From Candidatus Poribacteria bacterium (GTDB lineage: Bacteria > Poribacteria > WGA-4E > WGA-3G), in assembly GCA_965220065.1 (NCBI GenBank), contig OZ244804.1, forward strand, positions 1,050,227 through 1,114,226: a DNA stretch of 64,000 bases. The letters run 5' to 3'. Of the stretch, positions 48,002 through 58,665 are shown piece after piece. Every line of letters begins with the position of its first letter. Position 1 is the stretch's first letter. A program made the position numbers and the translations under genes. The notes beneath the pieces were generated by a model. It searched no databases, had not been told where the DNA came from, and saw only the letters and a program-made list of their open reading frames with translations.

Positions 48002-50338
48002 CTAATTAGGGTTAGAAAGGCGGTTTGAGAGAAAACTTTCAAGAAGCATGAAACAGACAACCAAAACGAGCAGTTCACCCCAAATTTCCCTACCGTGTCG
48101 CTTAACGTTGTAGGCATCAGCGACTACCGTTGTTTCGTTGATTTCCGGATCGGCTGTTGATTGTGCTCCAATCCGTGCCGCCGCCTGTGCCAGTGGAATC
48201 TCCATTAAGTCAGCTTCGGTCGTATCGACATTAACCGCAAAAAAGTCGCGTTGGATGCTGCCTTGTGTTCGCACCTCGACCTGATAAATACCAGGACGTT
48301 CTGTACCCTGAAATCGCAGGGTACCATCTTCGGCAATCGGAAAAATGGCTACCGGCTGTCGGTTATCGATTTCCCGTAGGGGCTGGGTAACCCAGCCCGT
48401 ATGAGAGGTTTCTGGTGAACCCATCCCCTCTTGCTGACGACTGACTGCTGACCGCCGACCGCTGACCGCCATTAAATGAATAGATGCTTTCCCACCGGCA
48501 CTCCGAGGATAATGCGCAGTATAGGTGTCCCCGACATGTCCACCCCATGTTAAAAGATGATTGCTGGCTATTGTCGTGTAAAGTACGCTCTGTTGGAGCA
48601 TCGGAAGGAAATATGGATTAACGAGCAGATCGTTTGTGTAATTGGCTTTCAGCGGTCGGCGGTCAGCAGTCAGTAAATTGTTACGACGGTTGCTATCGTT
48701 TTCACCTGCCACACGGTTCTCTTGGCTGATGGAGACTGATGGCTGACGACTGGCTGCCATTAAACCACAATTATAAAGTAGCACGGTACTTGCTCCTTGA
48801 CTTCGTTCAACGAGAAATGGCGTATCGTCACCGAAGCGTGCGATAACATTGGATTCCGACGAAGGCTGTAATGCTATACCGTTGTAAAACTGTGGAGCGT
48901 ATTGCATAGAAAACCCTTCACTTGGAAAGATGTCGAAGATAGGATGTGTTTCCTCATACGCCTGCACTCGCTGTGGCGGTATCCACTTCAGGGAACTACC
49001 AAGCCGGGCAGGCAACCACACATTACCAGATTCGTTGTAGCTTGCTGCGTCACTGCGGTTGCTCACGAAAACAATGATACTTTTGCCCTGGCGGGTGAAT
49101 TCTTGGAGTTGCGCACTCATCTGGCGCGACATCGTCAGCACGTCAGCGAGTACAATAACGTCATAATCTTCCAACGGAAAGCTTACAAATTCATCAGGTG
49201 TACATTGCGTTGGCAGAATCATTACGCCGGTGCTGTTTTCTGTATCTTGATATGTGTTTCCAGACGGAAAGGGTAGAGTCGCGGGGTTATGTGGATTTAA
49301 CGCCAATGTTAGATATTCCGTTTCTTCTCCCACACAAAGCACACGCACTTCACCGAGGGCATCCAAGGCGAAATAACGCTGATTGTCAATATTAAGGCGA
49401 TCGTCTGTCAGTGTGAGATAACCGATATGCGTGCCCGGCGTAGAAAAGTTGTATGTTAAAGTGGTGTTCAGCGACTCGTTCGCTGCCACAGAAAAACTCA
49501 TCGTTTTCTGTTTCTCGCCTCCAATAAACAGGGTCAGTATATTTTGATCCAAAGGTGCTACTGAATGATTCACAGTCGTCACATTCAATTGAAACGGTAA
49601 ATCTACGCCTATTAGTTGATTAGACGGACGAATTTCTTTAATACTTATGTTATGCGCTTCACCCTCTGCAACCGGAATCAGAGAAATACGAGCACCGGAA
49701 CGATTTGGAAGCCTATTCCAGTTATCCCATCCGTTTTGAGCGAAGTCTGAAATTAAATAGATTTCTTTGTTCAATTGCTCTGATTCAGTAAGGATTTCGT
49801 GGGCGAGTTCGAGGCTGGGTTGAACATTTGTGGTACGGTAGGAAGTTTCTGTATCTTTAATCGCTGCGATAACGCTCTCAATGTCGGGGGTGAGTTGTCG
49901 AAAGACGGGCTTCGGGATATCTGACATGAGTATGAGGGTTGCGCTATCGCCATGTCGCAGGGTATCAATGATGTCGGCTGCCAGAGTTTTCGCCTTATCG
50001 AGCCTGACACCATTAATGTCCTGATACGCCATACTGTAAGAGTTGTCCAAGACAATAACCACATCTGTCTTTGCGCGCACGGACGCTACTGGCAATCCGA
50101 GCGTCAAAAAGGGACGTGCCAAGGCGAGTGCAATGAGCGCGATAATTGCCATACGTAGGAGCAAAATGAGAAGTTGACGGAGTTGGAATCGACGTGCATT
50201 TTCGCGGTGCGCCGCCGTGATGAATATCAGACTGCTAAAATCAATTGTCACAACACGACGACGGTTCCAGAGATGAATGACTAATGGGATGCCAGTGGCG
50301 AGGAGTCCAAAGAGAAAAAGTGGGTTGAGAAATGCCAA
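48002..50338 (-). CDS. BatA-like N-terminal double-TM + vWA domain membrane protein
   Basis: MAFLNPLFLFGL..PLVIHL, LALARP, DNSYSM MIDAS, ISDF, FAVNVD..E.DL, C-terminal TM. Confidence 0.85.
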   Translation of the reverse strand: MAFLNPLFLFGLLATGIPLVIHLWNRRRVVTIDFSSLIFITAAHRENARRFQLRQLLILLLRMAIIALIALALARPFLTLGLPVASVRAKTDVVIVLDNSYSMAYQDINGVRLDKAKTLAADIIDTLRHGDSATLILMSDIPKPVFRQLTPDIESVIAAIKDTETSYRTTNVQPSLELAHEILTESEQLNKEIYLISDFAQNGWDNWNRLPNRSGARISLIPVAEGEAHNISIKEIRPSNQLIGVDLPFQLNVTTVNHSVAPLDQNILTLFIGGEKQKTMSFSVAANESLNTTLTYNFSTPGTHIGYLTLTDDRLNIDNQRYFALDALGEVRVLCVGEETEYLTLALNPHNPATLPFPSGNTYQDTENSTGVMILPTQCTPDEFVSFPLEDYDVIVLADVLTMSRQMSAQLQEFTRQGKSIIVFVSNRSDAASYNESGNVWLPARLGSSLKWIPPQRVQAYEETHPIFDIFPSEGFSMQYAPQFYNGIALQPSSESNVIARFGDDTPFLVERSQGASTVLLYNCGLMAASRQPSVSISQENRVAGENDSNRRNNLLTADRRPLKANYTNDLLVNPYFLPMLQQSVLYTTIASNHLLTWGGHVGDTYTAHYPRSAGGKASIHLMAVSGRRSAVSRQQEGMGSPETSHTGWVTQPLREIDNRQPVAIFPIAEDGTLRFQGTERPGIYQVEVRTQGSIQRDFFAVNVDTTEADLMEIPLAQAAARIGAQSTADPEINETTVVADAYNVKRHGREIWGELLVLVVCFMLLESFLSNRLSNPN

Positions 50339-50596
50339 TTTTTAATTATGGCCTCCTGGGCCGCTGCGTCCGTTGTCCTTGCGGGTTTCCGATTAAATCG
50401 TGACTGGAGCTGGGAATTTGCACAATTTTTGATCCGTGCATCCGTGAGACATTCCTTTTGTTGACGATCTCTCAGTCCGAAAAGCCTTAAATCCTGAGTT
50501 AGACACTATCGAAACCCAAGCCTGCAACAGCGGCGCAGGCGACCCGAGATTGGGAACTCTTAAAGTTTTTACGGCGAAACTTATCCGCAAGGTAAA

Positions 50597-52201
50597 TTAG
50601 AAAATGGTAATTTCAAGTTGATTGAGAGTATGGAAAACATCTTCCGCGTACTCCACAAGATTGTCCGACTCCAAGGTGCTTCCACCGAGTTGAATGTGGT
50701 TCGCATCAGCAATAACCTGGTCCAACGTTGGGTCCATTTGCACCCATTTACCGATGTAGACTTCGGGCCAGAAATGGTAATAGAAAGCATCCTTTGCGAA
50801 TACGATACCAGAGCAGATGCGTGCTGGAATGCCAGCGGCACGCGCCAGAGCGATAAACAACACTGTGTGCTCCGTGCAATCTCCAGAGAGCGACTGTAGC
50901 ACTGTTAATGACGAAGCAAAGCCCCCACTCATTTTTTTCTCCTTAATGGAGGCATAAACCCATCGACACAATTTTTCCGCCGCATGCCATGAATTAACCT
51001 CGTTCTCCAAGATCTCCTTAGCCTTCGCCCGAATGTCAGGGTGATTGGCTTGGATATAGGCACTCGCAGTCAGGAATTCCTCTTCTGCATTCTGGATAGG
51101 GAGATTCGGGCAGTCTTCGGCAACAATTACCGGAACCTGAATGGAAAGTTTGTAGGAGGGGTGTTTCTGCTGGGGTGTTTCCCCGATTCCATTATAGCTT
51201 GGCTCAAGTTTCTGTCGACAGGTGGACATAACAACTTCAGCAATATTCCCTGTTAAGAGTTTCACTTCTGCCTCAAGGTGTTCTGCTTTTGGGATCGGGA
51301 GTTTGCCAGAGGGAAGGATACGAGTCTTTAAAATAACATCAACTTCTTCGATACCACCAACGGCAGTTTCCTTATCGGTTTTCGTCGTTACCATGGAAAG
51401 CCCCATCAAGGGCACCTCTGTCCGATAGTTCACGCCATCGGTGTCAATCCACAATTTTGCGGTAACGCCATTCATCATGTCCATTGTCTGTTTCAAAACA
51501 TAGACCTGTTTTTCATCCGACTGATAGGTTAAAGTCTCCTCCCCTAAAACCTCAATCTCCGTCTTCACAGGTTTCAAAAGATCGAAAACGAACATGTGAA
51601 AAGTCTGCTTATCGCCTGTTTTAAGTCCTTTCTGGGTTAAAAGTGACGCTACGCCTGTATGCTCAGAAACAGTGTCGGGTGGCACTGAGATTTCTGACTC
51701 GGTGATTTCACCGTTGAGTGTTGTTCTCACGTGGGCGATTCCATCTGCAATCCGTCCTTCGATCTGTTTTAAGCCGGATTCATTAGAGGTCGAGAAGAAG
51801 TGAAGCGGCATTAAGTCGGGACCTATGTATTCAACGCGGGTAATTTCAACCGTTATGTCAGTCCCAAGTGCCTTAAAGTTCATCACTATATCGGTTTTGT
51901 TCCGAGCCACCTGTTGTCCTTGATACTCAGCTTCGTAGAGGCTGGGGGATTTAGTCTTTAAATAGACTAAATCCGTTCCTTGTATTACATTCCCAGCCCG
52001 TACAGACGTGTGCATATAGCCGATCTTCGTATTCATCAAGGTAAGGTTATACCAATGCTCTTGGGGATGGTTTAGCATGTTCTGGAATGTATCTTGTTTT
52101 TCGTCGTCGGTGTCTGCTGATGTAGCGACTTGCAAGCCAATATTAAGAAGTATCGCTGCCATACATACAAACATAAGGCAGCGTAGATGATAAAACTTCA
52201 A
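50597..52201 (-). CDS. Secreted transglutaminase-like domain protein
   Basis: GDCTEH..LFIALARAAGIPAR, HFWPEVY, MDPT catalytic triad. Confidence 0.88.
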   Translation of the reverse strand: MKFYHLRCLMFVCMAAILLNIGLQVATSADTDDEKQDTFQNMLNHPQEHWYNLTLMNTKIGYMHTSVRAGNVIQGTDLVYLKTKSPSLYEAEYQGQQVARNKTDIVMNFKALGTDITVEITRVEYIGPDLMPLHFFSTSNESGLKQIEGRIADGIAHVRTTLNGEITESEISVPPDTVSEHTGVASLLTQKGLKTGDKQTFHMFVFDLLKPVKTEIEVLGEETLTYQSDEKQVYVLKQTMDMMNGVTAKLWIDTDGVNYRTEVPLMGLSMVTTKTDKETAVGGIEEVDVILKTRILPSGKLPIPKAEHLEAEVKLLTGNIAEVVMSTCRQKLEPSYNGIGETPQQKHPSYKLSIQVPVIVAEDCPNLPIQNAEEEFLTASAYIQANHPDIRAKAKEILENEVNSWHAAEKLCRWVYASIKEKKMSGGFASSLTVLQSLSGDCTEHTVLFIALARAAGIPARICSGIVFAKDAFYYHFWPEVYIGKWVQMDPTLDQVIADANHIQLGGSTLESDNLVEYAEDVFHTLNQLEITIF

Positions 52202-52315
52202 TTTTTGGTTCTTCCTTGCGAGTACATGAAGGGATATCTAAAAATTTTTAATCAAGATACGTTAATTATACCTGATGGGTGTGCTTATGTCAAGTCCACT
52301 GCGGAAGGAATACAG

Positions 52316-52891
52316 TCATACACGAGTTGCCATAGCGACCGTATGGGTGTGTCGCTGTTTGACCTTCTGATAGTTCCCAAATACGTTCAGAAAATTACGC
52401 TTGATGAACGCTCGAAGTCCTGAAATCGTAACAACGTAAAGTCGTCCATTCGGTTTGAGATACTGCTGCGCATCAGCAAGAAAGATCTGTAGGAGTTCCT
52501 TACCGACATTGGCGGGTAGATTAGAGGCAATTAGGTCGAATTGAATATCAGGGAGATGGCTAAAACCGTTGCTCAGAAGGACATGACAATTCTGGAGTTG
52601 ATTCTGTTTTACATTTTTACACGCGTAGTCAACTGCTACGAAATCCTTATCGACCATATAGACGGTTGCCGTTTGTGTGCATTTGGCGAGAGTGATGCCG
52701 ATCGCACCATATCCACATCCGAGGTCAAGACAGATGTCGCCCTCTTGAATATTCAGGTGTTCAATCAACAGGTGTGTTCCTGCATCAATCGCTTTTGGCG
52801 AGAAAAGCCCCCACGTTGCGGAAAATGCAATGGACGCACCGCGCAATTCCGTCCGGAAGTTGACTTCTCGTGGAAGGGAATCTACTGCCAT
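52316..52891 (-). CDS. Small class I SAM methyltransferase (RsmC/MTS-like)
   Basis: GLFSPKAIDAGT, LDLGCGYGAIG, SNLP. Confidence 0.85.
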   Translation of the reverse strand: MAVDSLPREVNFRTELRGASIAFSATWGLFSPKAIDAGTHLLIEHLNIQEGDICLDLGCGYGAIGITLAKCTQTATVYMVDKDFVAVDYACKNVKQNQLQNCHVLLSNGFSHLPDIQFDLIASNLPANVGKELLQIFLADAQQYLKPNGRLYVVTISGLRAFIKRNFLNVFGNYQKVKQRHTHTVAMATRV

Positions 52892-53844
52892 TTTATTAGG
52901 ACTCCGAGTGCATCACCAGGAGTATTCCAGAGAAGGTCAAACGCATCTTTCGCCTCCGTGTAGTGGAAGCGATGGGTAACCATTTCAGATGCTCGAATTT
53001 CGTTGTTCCGTATTTTTTGCAAAGCCCGCACCGCAATCTGAGAACGGGGTTCATCGGTCAAGATACCCGCCACGAGACGTTTGCTCATCATCTTCGAGGA
53101 ATGTAAAGGTAAGGGGGCCTGCTGGTAGAGGGCAATGAGTTGGATAATACCGAACCGACGTGTCATATCTTGTGCCTGTTCAAACGATTTAACCCCAGCG
53201 TATCCACCGACACAATCTATCACCAGATCCGCACCTTTGCCATCTGTGAGACCCAAAACTGCTTCCACCGGATCCACTTCTTCAGCATTGATGACTGCAT
53301 CAGCACCGAGTTTTGTCGACAATTCGCATCGTAGCGGCAGCGCGTCCACGGTTATAATCCGTTCAGGATTGTAACCCCGCAGCACCTGCATCATGAGGCT
53401 TCCGACCAAGCCTTGTCCCAGAACAACGATGGTATCTCCAGCCTTAACACCAGACGAGTCTGACCAAGCGACAGCACTAGTCGCAAGTGGGAGGAACGTT
53501 CCCTCTTCAAAACTGACGCCTTCAAGGAGTGGGACGATGCGTCCCTCAGTTGCGTTCGGTTCAGCAACGACGTATTCCGCGTGTGGTGCTACAACCATGA
53601 CGCGTTCACCGACCTCATAACCTTCGACCTCTGCCCCAACTGCATCCACAATGCCTGTAAGGGAGTAGCCCATAATTGAGGGGGAAACAGCCTCTTCTCG
53701 GATATAGCGTCGAAATAGTTCGGAACCTCGGCTGATTAACGTCGTGTCAGTCTGTACCCGAACCTGTTGCGCATTGATTTCCGGTATCGGCACTTCCTCT
53801 AATTGGATGTTGCCGAACCCTTCTGGTTTGGTTACTCGAATCAT
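52882..53844 (-). CDS. MDR-family (zinc-binding-type) dehydrogenase
   Basis: ISRGSE, GYS..G, GQGLVG, GADLVIDCVG. Confidence 0.85.
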   Translation of the reverse strand: MIRVTKPEGFGNIQLEEVPIPEINAQQVRVQTDTTLISRGSELFRRYIREEAVSPSIMGYSLTGIVDAVGAEVEGYEVGERVMVVAPHAEYVVAEPNATEGRIVPLLEGVSFEEGTFLPLATSAVAWSDSSGVKAGDTIVVLGQGLVGSLMMQVLRGYNPERIITVDALPLRCELSTKLGADAVINAEEVDPVEAVLGLTDGKGADLVIDCVGGYAGVKSFEQAQDMTRRFGIIQLIALYQQAPLPLHSSKMMSKRLVAGILTDEPRSQIAVRALQKIRNNEIRASEMVTHRFHYTEAKDAFDLLWNTPGDALGVLIKWQ

Positions 53845-53982
53845 TTTTTAACTTTCCTTACGGCTCGTTGAGGTGAGTTGAGGATTGAAAGCCCTTTCCG
53901 TAGATCCTGCTTCGCAGTGAGAACCACTTCGTTACGGACTACGCGCTTGGGTTTCATGGAACACCGCGCGAAAACCTAATAA

Positions 53983-55353
53983 TTAAAAATCTTGTAAGCG
54001 ACTGGCTAAATCCTGACGAGTGACGGGTTTGTCAAGAGACATCAGATAGATATGGAACGTATCACTTCTGTCGGAAACATACGCGAGATGCCGTCCATCG
54101 GGCGAAAAGGCGGGTTGAATAGATCTGCCGATGTCGCTGGTGATCCGCCGTTCGTTTTTTCCATCTACATCAATGAGATAAATCTCCCAGTCGCCTTCCC
54201 GCGCGGAGACATACGCAATCGTTTTTCCGTCAGGCGACACTGTCGGGTTGTAACAACCATAGCGATTCGGGTTGAAGTGTTTTTCGTTTCTTCCGTCAAT
54301 GTCTATTGTATAAAGCTGGTTCAACTCGTTTCGCGAGGAGACAAATACAAGCGTATTTCCGTCCGGAAAGAATGCGGGACTCCCGTCATCGGTTTCGTTA
54401 AAGGTAATACGTTTCGGTTCTACGTCTTCTGGGGTGAGTTGTGCCAAATCAAGTTCCGCCAAATTGAGGAGATACAATTCCAGATTCCCATCTACGTTGG
54501 ATTCATAAACAACCTGATCTCCAGCAGGCGATGTACGAGGCACACGGGCACCGAAACTCACAGGTAAAACGGTTCGCGTTATTTTGCTATGAATATGTGT
54601 TACATGGAACCCAGCGTAAATCGGAGTAGAGCCGCTGCTTTGGATGACAACTTTCACTTCGCGAGATGACTTCGGTTCGCTGCTATAAAACAGATAGTTT
54701 GGGGTTTTGAGGAACGCTGGTGAACTATCGTTGAAATCTGTCGTGAAGGTTACACGCCGTTGAATACGCCCATTTAAGTCCATTAAATAGATTTCGCCAT
54801 TGTCGAGTCGAAATGAGGCGAAGGCTATTTGTGTACCATCTGGTGAGAAAGTTGGCGAATAATTATCTGAATCGCCACGGGTCAACCGCTTTGTATGATA
54901 ACTGTCCCCTACAAGTTCGATAATCTGGCGCAAGACCTCAGGATCCAGTGTACTCCGCTGAACGAGTCGGAGCACACGAAAGGCGGAACTTCTATCACCG
55001 AATCTTAAATAGGTACGTGCCAATTCAATTCGTGCGGCAATCCGCTCTTCCGGCTGTGCGGCATACAGTTGTGAAGCCTTTTGCAATTCGATAACTGCGT
55101 CGTTGTAACGCCCCAAGTCATTGTAGGCTTTCCCTAATAACATCCGTGCCTTCGGATCCTCAGGTGCCGTTTCGATAAAAGTCTCCAGTGCTTCCATCGC
55201 GGCTTGCGGCGTTCCAGCGTTCAGAAGTTCTTCACTCTTTTTGAGAACCGACGTGTCATCCTGGCACGCGGTCATCAAGACAACAAGAAGTATACCACAT
55301 TGAACTATTTTTTTTAACGATCGGGTTCTGTGCATCGCTCCACTACGTTCCAC
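53983..55353 (-). CDS. TPR + TolB-like (PD40) beta-propeller lipoprotein
   Basis: MTAC lipobox; TPRs; PTFSPDG/PAFSPDG repeats. Confidence 0.85.
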   Translation of the reverse strand: MERSGAMHRTRSLKKIVQCGILLVVLMTACQDDTSVLKKSEELLNAGTPQAAMEALETFIETAPEDPKARMLLGKAYNDLGRYNDAVIELQKASQLYAAQPEERIAARIELARTYLRFGDRSSAFRVLRLVQRSTLDPEVLRQIIELVGDSYHTKRLTRGDSDNYSPTFSPDGTQIAFASFRLDNGEIYLMDLNGRIQRRVTFTTDFNDSSPAFLKTPNYLFYSSEPKSSREVKVVIQSSGSTPIYAGFHVTHIHSKITRTVLPVSFGARVPRTSPAGDQVVYESNVDGNLELYLLNLAELDLAQLTPEDVEPKRITFNETDDGSPAFFPDGNTLVFVSSRNELNQLYTIDIDGRNEKHFNPNRYGCYNPTVSPDGKTIAYVSAREGDWEIYLIDVDGKNERRITSDIGRSIQPAFSPDGRHLAYVSDRSDTFHIYLMSLDKPVTRQDLASRLQDF

Positions 55354-55470
55354 ACTCGCCCCAGTAATGGGCGGAGACCCAGTTTCTGACGAAGTTAGTT
55401 GTTAATCATCATCAAGATAGCAGTTAATAATCAAGAGTCGGGAGTCGGAGTTCCCTCCTACAGAAAATAA

Positions 55471-55896
55471 TTATTGGGACCTTCTGGTTCTACGTCTGCC
55501 TCTCCATCCATCGCCAACTGCGTAGAGCCAACATAAAACACCTTGGACGGAAGCACTGATTTTCAGTTTCCAAGAAGGTCGGTACATCAACTTTTCGCCA
55601 TCATCGAACGTCCAGATGTGAAATGAATAAGGCTCCTGCGCTTCAGAGCCATCAGCCTCGGCTGTTGATGTGCTATCTGTCGCCGCAGGTTTGAACCGCA
55701 TCAAATCGTCCCACCCTGTTACTGGCAGCGAATTCAGGTAGAAAATACCAATTGCAGAAGCGAAAATGGCAAAAAGAATAATCGCTTTTGGAAATTGCCC
55801 TAAGTACAGTTGACCGAGTCCTGGAAGAATTGCGGATAAGACCATCGCGACGAAAGAATTGCTGGAGGTGCCACGCGCGTTTGCAGGGTCTACCAT
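55471..55896 (-). CDS. Small membrane protein
   Basis: LSAILPGLGQLYLG motif, TM helices. Confidence 0.7.
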   Translation of the reverse strand: MVDPANARGTSSNSFVAMVLSAILPGLGQLYLGQFPKAIILFAIFASAIGIFYLNSLPVTGWDDLMRFKPAATDSTSTAEADGSEAQEPYSFHIWTFDDGEKLMYRPSWKLKISASVQGVLCWLYAVGDGWRGRRRTRRSQ

Positions 55897-55899
55897 TAA

Positions 55900-56268
55900 T
55901 TAAGACTCTCCTTGTGCCACAAGGTAGACCCCGATACAGATGATCAGAGCACCTATGATACGAATCTTAGGAACAGACTCCTTGAAAAACATCCAAGAAA
56001 ACAGGATTGACAGTACATACCCAGAACTTAGCATCGGATACGCAATGCTCAGCTTAACACGCGACAGGATAATCAGCCAGACGAGCGTCGTGAAACCATA
56101 TATCGCAATTCCACTGAGAATATAAGGATTCAGGAATGCCTGTACCAATTTATCCATAGCGTCTCGTAGACTATTGATACGACCGATTGTGTTCATACCG
56201 TGTTTAAACAAAATCTGTCCGATGACCGTTAGTAAAACGTTGAAGAATAGCAGTAAAAAATCTTTCAT
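55900..56268 (-). CDS. EamA/SMR-like (ArnE/ArnF-type) small transporter or flippase
   Basis: GQILFKHG, LSRVKLSIAYP, FFKE; 4 TMs. Confidence 0.8.
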   Translation of the reverse strand: MKDFLLLFFNVLLTVIGQILFKHGMNTIGRINSLRDAMDKLVQAFLNPYILSGIAIYGFTTLVWLIILSRVKLSIAYPMLSSGYVLSILFSWMFFKESVPKIRIIGALIICIGVYLVAQGES

Positions 56269-56415
56269 AACTTTATTATATCACACCTCTACTTTTATCA
56301 CAATTTTTAAGCGGTGCATTTCAGAGGAAATAGTTATCAGTTATCGGTTGCCGGTTACAAGAGGGTGTTATTAAAGGAACCTCTTAACAGATTACTGAAG
56401 GTTGAAAGCTAATTG

Positions 56416-58665
56416 CTATAGGTTATAGAGATACGTTACTTTAATGACAACGACACGGTTTTCCAGTTGTAACTCGCGACTGGAGGTTGTCCCAACAACC
56501 GCATTGCCCCAAGCCTCGTTATATGCAACGAACAGGTGGCTCTTTGGGCTATATTCCCATCCAAATAGAAGACTTAGCAAATAGGTCTGATGGATTTCCA
56601 TAGAAAATGGACGTTCCCTATTCGCTTGTGCGAACAGCCGGAGAAACGACTCTCGCGTGAATAAGTAAGTCGTACGCAATGAACTGACGAAAAACCTGCC
56701 ATCAATTGCCCCCTCCAAATCAAAACTCTGGGCGTAGCCGCTGTCTAATTCTATGGACAAATTGCTCTGTGGACGAATGGTAGATTCAAGCGTGAGGCTC
56801 CGCTGTTTACCCGCTTGCTGTCGTCGAAAATTAAAATAGTCTGCGAAATCTATAGCGATACCCATAGCAATCGGGTATGTGGAGTTGGTGTCCATCTCAA
56901 ACCCATATCTATCTGCTGTAAATACCTCAGTGAGTTCAACTTCCCGACTTCGAGTATAGTAGACATTGATGTCATCTAAGAGGATTTCCCTGAAGTCCAT
57001 CCCGACGTCCACACCAGCACTCCATCTGAGCAAATCTTCATCGAATTCAGGCGAAAGGGACAATTCTGGGTTCCGCAATCCCCATTCCGTAAAATACAAT
57101 GGTGTATACAGGCTTTGAGAAAGACGCGCGAGTATCCGAGAAAAAAATTGGTGCTTTCCCCAGTGTGGAGAATAAGAACTTCGCATAGAGACACGTTGCC
57201 AGCCACGGTTTCGTTCCTTTCGTAGAAACCCCGTCTGATTAATTTCAAAGTTCGGACCGACCCGTTCAAATCCAATGTCGCTGCTCCAGAGGTAGTTGCG
57301 CTGCGCGAAGTCAACCGTATACGCAAAGTTATCACTATCTTCGCCCGGATGGAAACTCCCTGCGTATTGTCCCGTGAGGTGATAAGTTCTGCCCAGAGCG
57401 AGGTTCATATCAATGCCACCTACTCGGCTGTGACTCCATCTTTCACTGCCGGGCTGTTCCTTGTTCACGAATAGAACCCCAATGTTCGAACGTTTGAGGA
57501 TGTCACGTTTAACACGGATAGCGGAGAACCATGCCTCTTCCTTTTCGGGGGGTGTACTCTCAGAAAACCTGAATTCACCGGTCTGATTCCCCAAAACCCC
57601 GATAGAGTAATCGCCGACTTTACCGGTAAGTTTACTGCCCCAGAGGATATTACCGCGACTCCCAATACGGCGGCTGAACATTAAGTCATAAGGCGTTTCA
57701 AAGAAACTGTTTCCTTCAACAAAAAACGGGCGTTTTTCAGGAAAACGTGTCGGGAATCGGGTCAGATTAATTTCCAGTTGATCTGCTTCAACTTGTGCGA
57801 AGTCGGGATTAACGGTAACGTTCGCCTTTAGCGCACTCGTGAGGCTGTATTGTACATCCAATCCCGTCCCGAACTGGCGCGTTAAATTGGCATCAGTAGC
57901 ACTCATACCCCCACCTAAAAGATAAGGTGAGATTTCAAAATTTTTGCCGGTCTCAATGCCTTGAATGCCTACGATATGCCCCAAATCGGACATTCGCGTG
58001 ACAACACCAGCTTGTGTCAATTGTTTCCATACCGTGACTTCGCTTTTCCTGCGGTTTACGCGCTCGATGTCAAAACCCCAGATTTGCGTCGGTCCGGATT
58101 TATGTGAGAAGTCGGTAAATCGGAAGTTTGAGAATGGGATTTTGAACTCGGCACTCCACCCCAATTCATCAATATTGCTCTCAACCCACCAAATCCCTTT
58201 CCAGTTGCTGTCGCGTTGGGTGTCCTCATATCGATAATTATCACTCTGGACACCAGCTGGGTTTGTTGCAAATTTATAGCCTGTGCGATGATCGTGATGT
58301 GGGTCAATAAAGAAAGAGATAACATCTGAGGCATAGATATCGCCGCGTCGCGTCATCCGATTGATAATCTTGTTGGGTTCAGCGTCGTAACATCGGAATG
58401 CGATGTAGAGGTTATGCACATCATAAGCGATGCGGAATTCTGTGTCGTCAGTTGCGGGATTCCCGCGTGCCGGTTCGAGTTGAATAAAACCGCTACGTGG
58501 TTCTGCCTGCCGCCATACAGCATCGTCCAGTATCCCGTCAATTTGCGGAGGTTCGCCTACGATTCGGTGGGCTTCGATAACATGCTCACCCATACCTTCT
58601 GGGTGCGCAAAAAGGAGGAGTGGATAGGCAATGAATAGCAGTAGGACAACTACGATTTTTGACAT
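56416..58665 (-). CDS. CBM9-like + DUF5916 outer-membrane protein
   Basis: PQIDGILDDAVW, GWSAEFKIPF, NPDFAQVEAD, FPEKRPFF.EG, KVTYLYNL end. Confidence 0.8.
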   Translation of the reverse strand: MSKIVVVLLLFIAYPLLLFAHPEGMGEHVIEAHRIVGEPPQIDGILDDAVWRQAEPRSGFIQLEPARGNPATDDTEFRIAYDVHNLYIAFRCYDAEPNKIINRMTRRGDIYASDVISFFIDPHHDHRTGYKFATNPAGVQSDNYRYEDTQRDSNWKGIWWVESNIDELGWSAEFKIPFSNFRFTDFSHKSGPTQIWGFDIERVNRRKSEVTVWKQLTQAGVVTRMSDLGHIVGIQGIETGKNFEISPYLLGGGMSATDANLTRQFGTGLDVQYSLTSALKANVTVNPDFAQVEADQLEINLTRFPTRFPEKRPFFVEGNSFFETPYDLMFSRRIGSRGNILWGSKLTGKVGDYSIGVLGNQTGEFRFSESTPPEKEEAWFSAIRVKRDILKRSNIGVLFVNKEQPGSERWSHSRVGGIDMNLALGRTYHLTGQYAGSFHPGEDSDNFAYTVDFAQRNYLWSSDIGFERVGPNFEINQTGFLRKERNRGWQRVSMRSSYSPHWGKHQFFSRILARLSQSLYTPLYFTEWGLRNPELSLSPEFDEDLLRWSAGVDVGMDFREILLDDINVYYTRSREVELTEVFTADRYGFEMDTNSTYPIAMGIAIDFADYFNFRRQQAGKQRSLTLESTIRPQSNLSIELDSGYAQSFDLEGAIDGRFFVSSLRTTYLFTRESFLRLFAQANRERPFSMEIHQTYLLSLLFGWEYSPKSHLFVAYNEAWGNAVVGTTSSRELQLENRVVVIKVTYLYNL

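Noticed and set aside
47923-48117. N-terminal extension of the Omp85 ORF overlapping the BatA gene
   Set aside because: Overlaps the upstream gene by 116 nt and runs through a repeat; downstream ATGs (47922/47874) precede the hydrophobic leader
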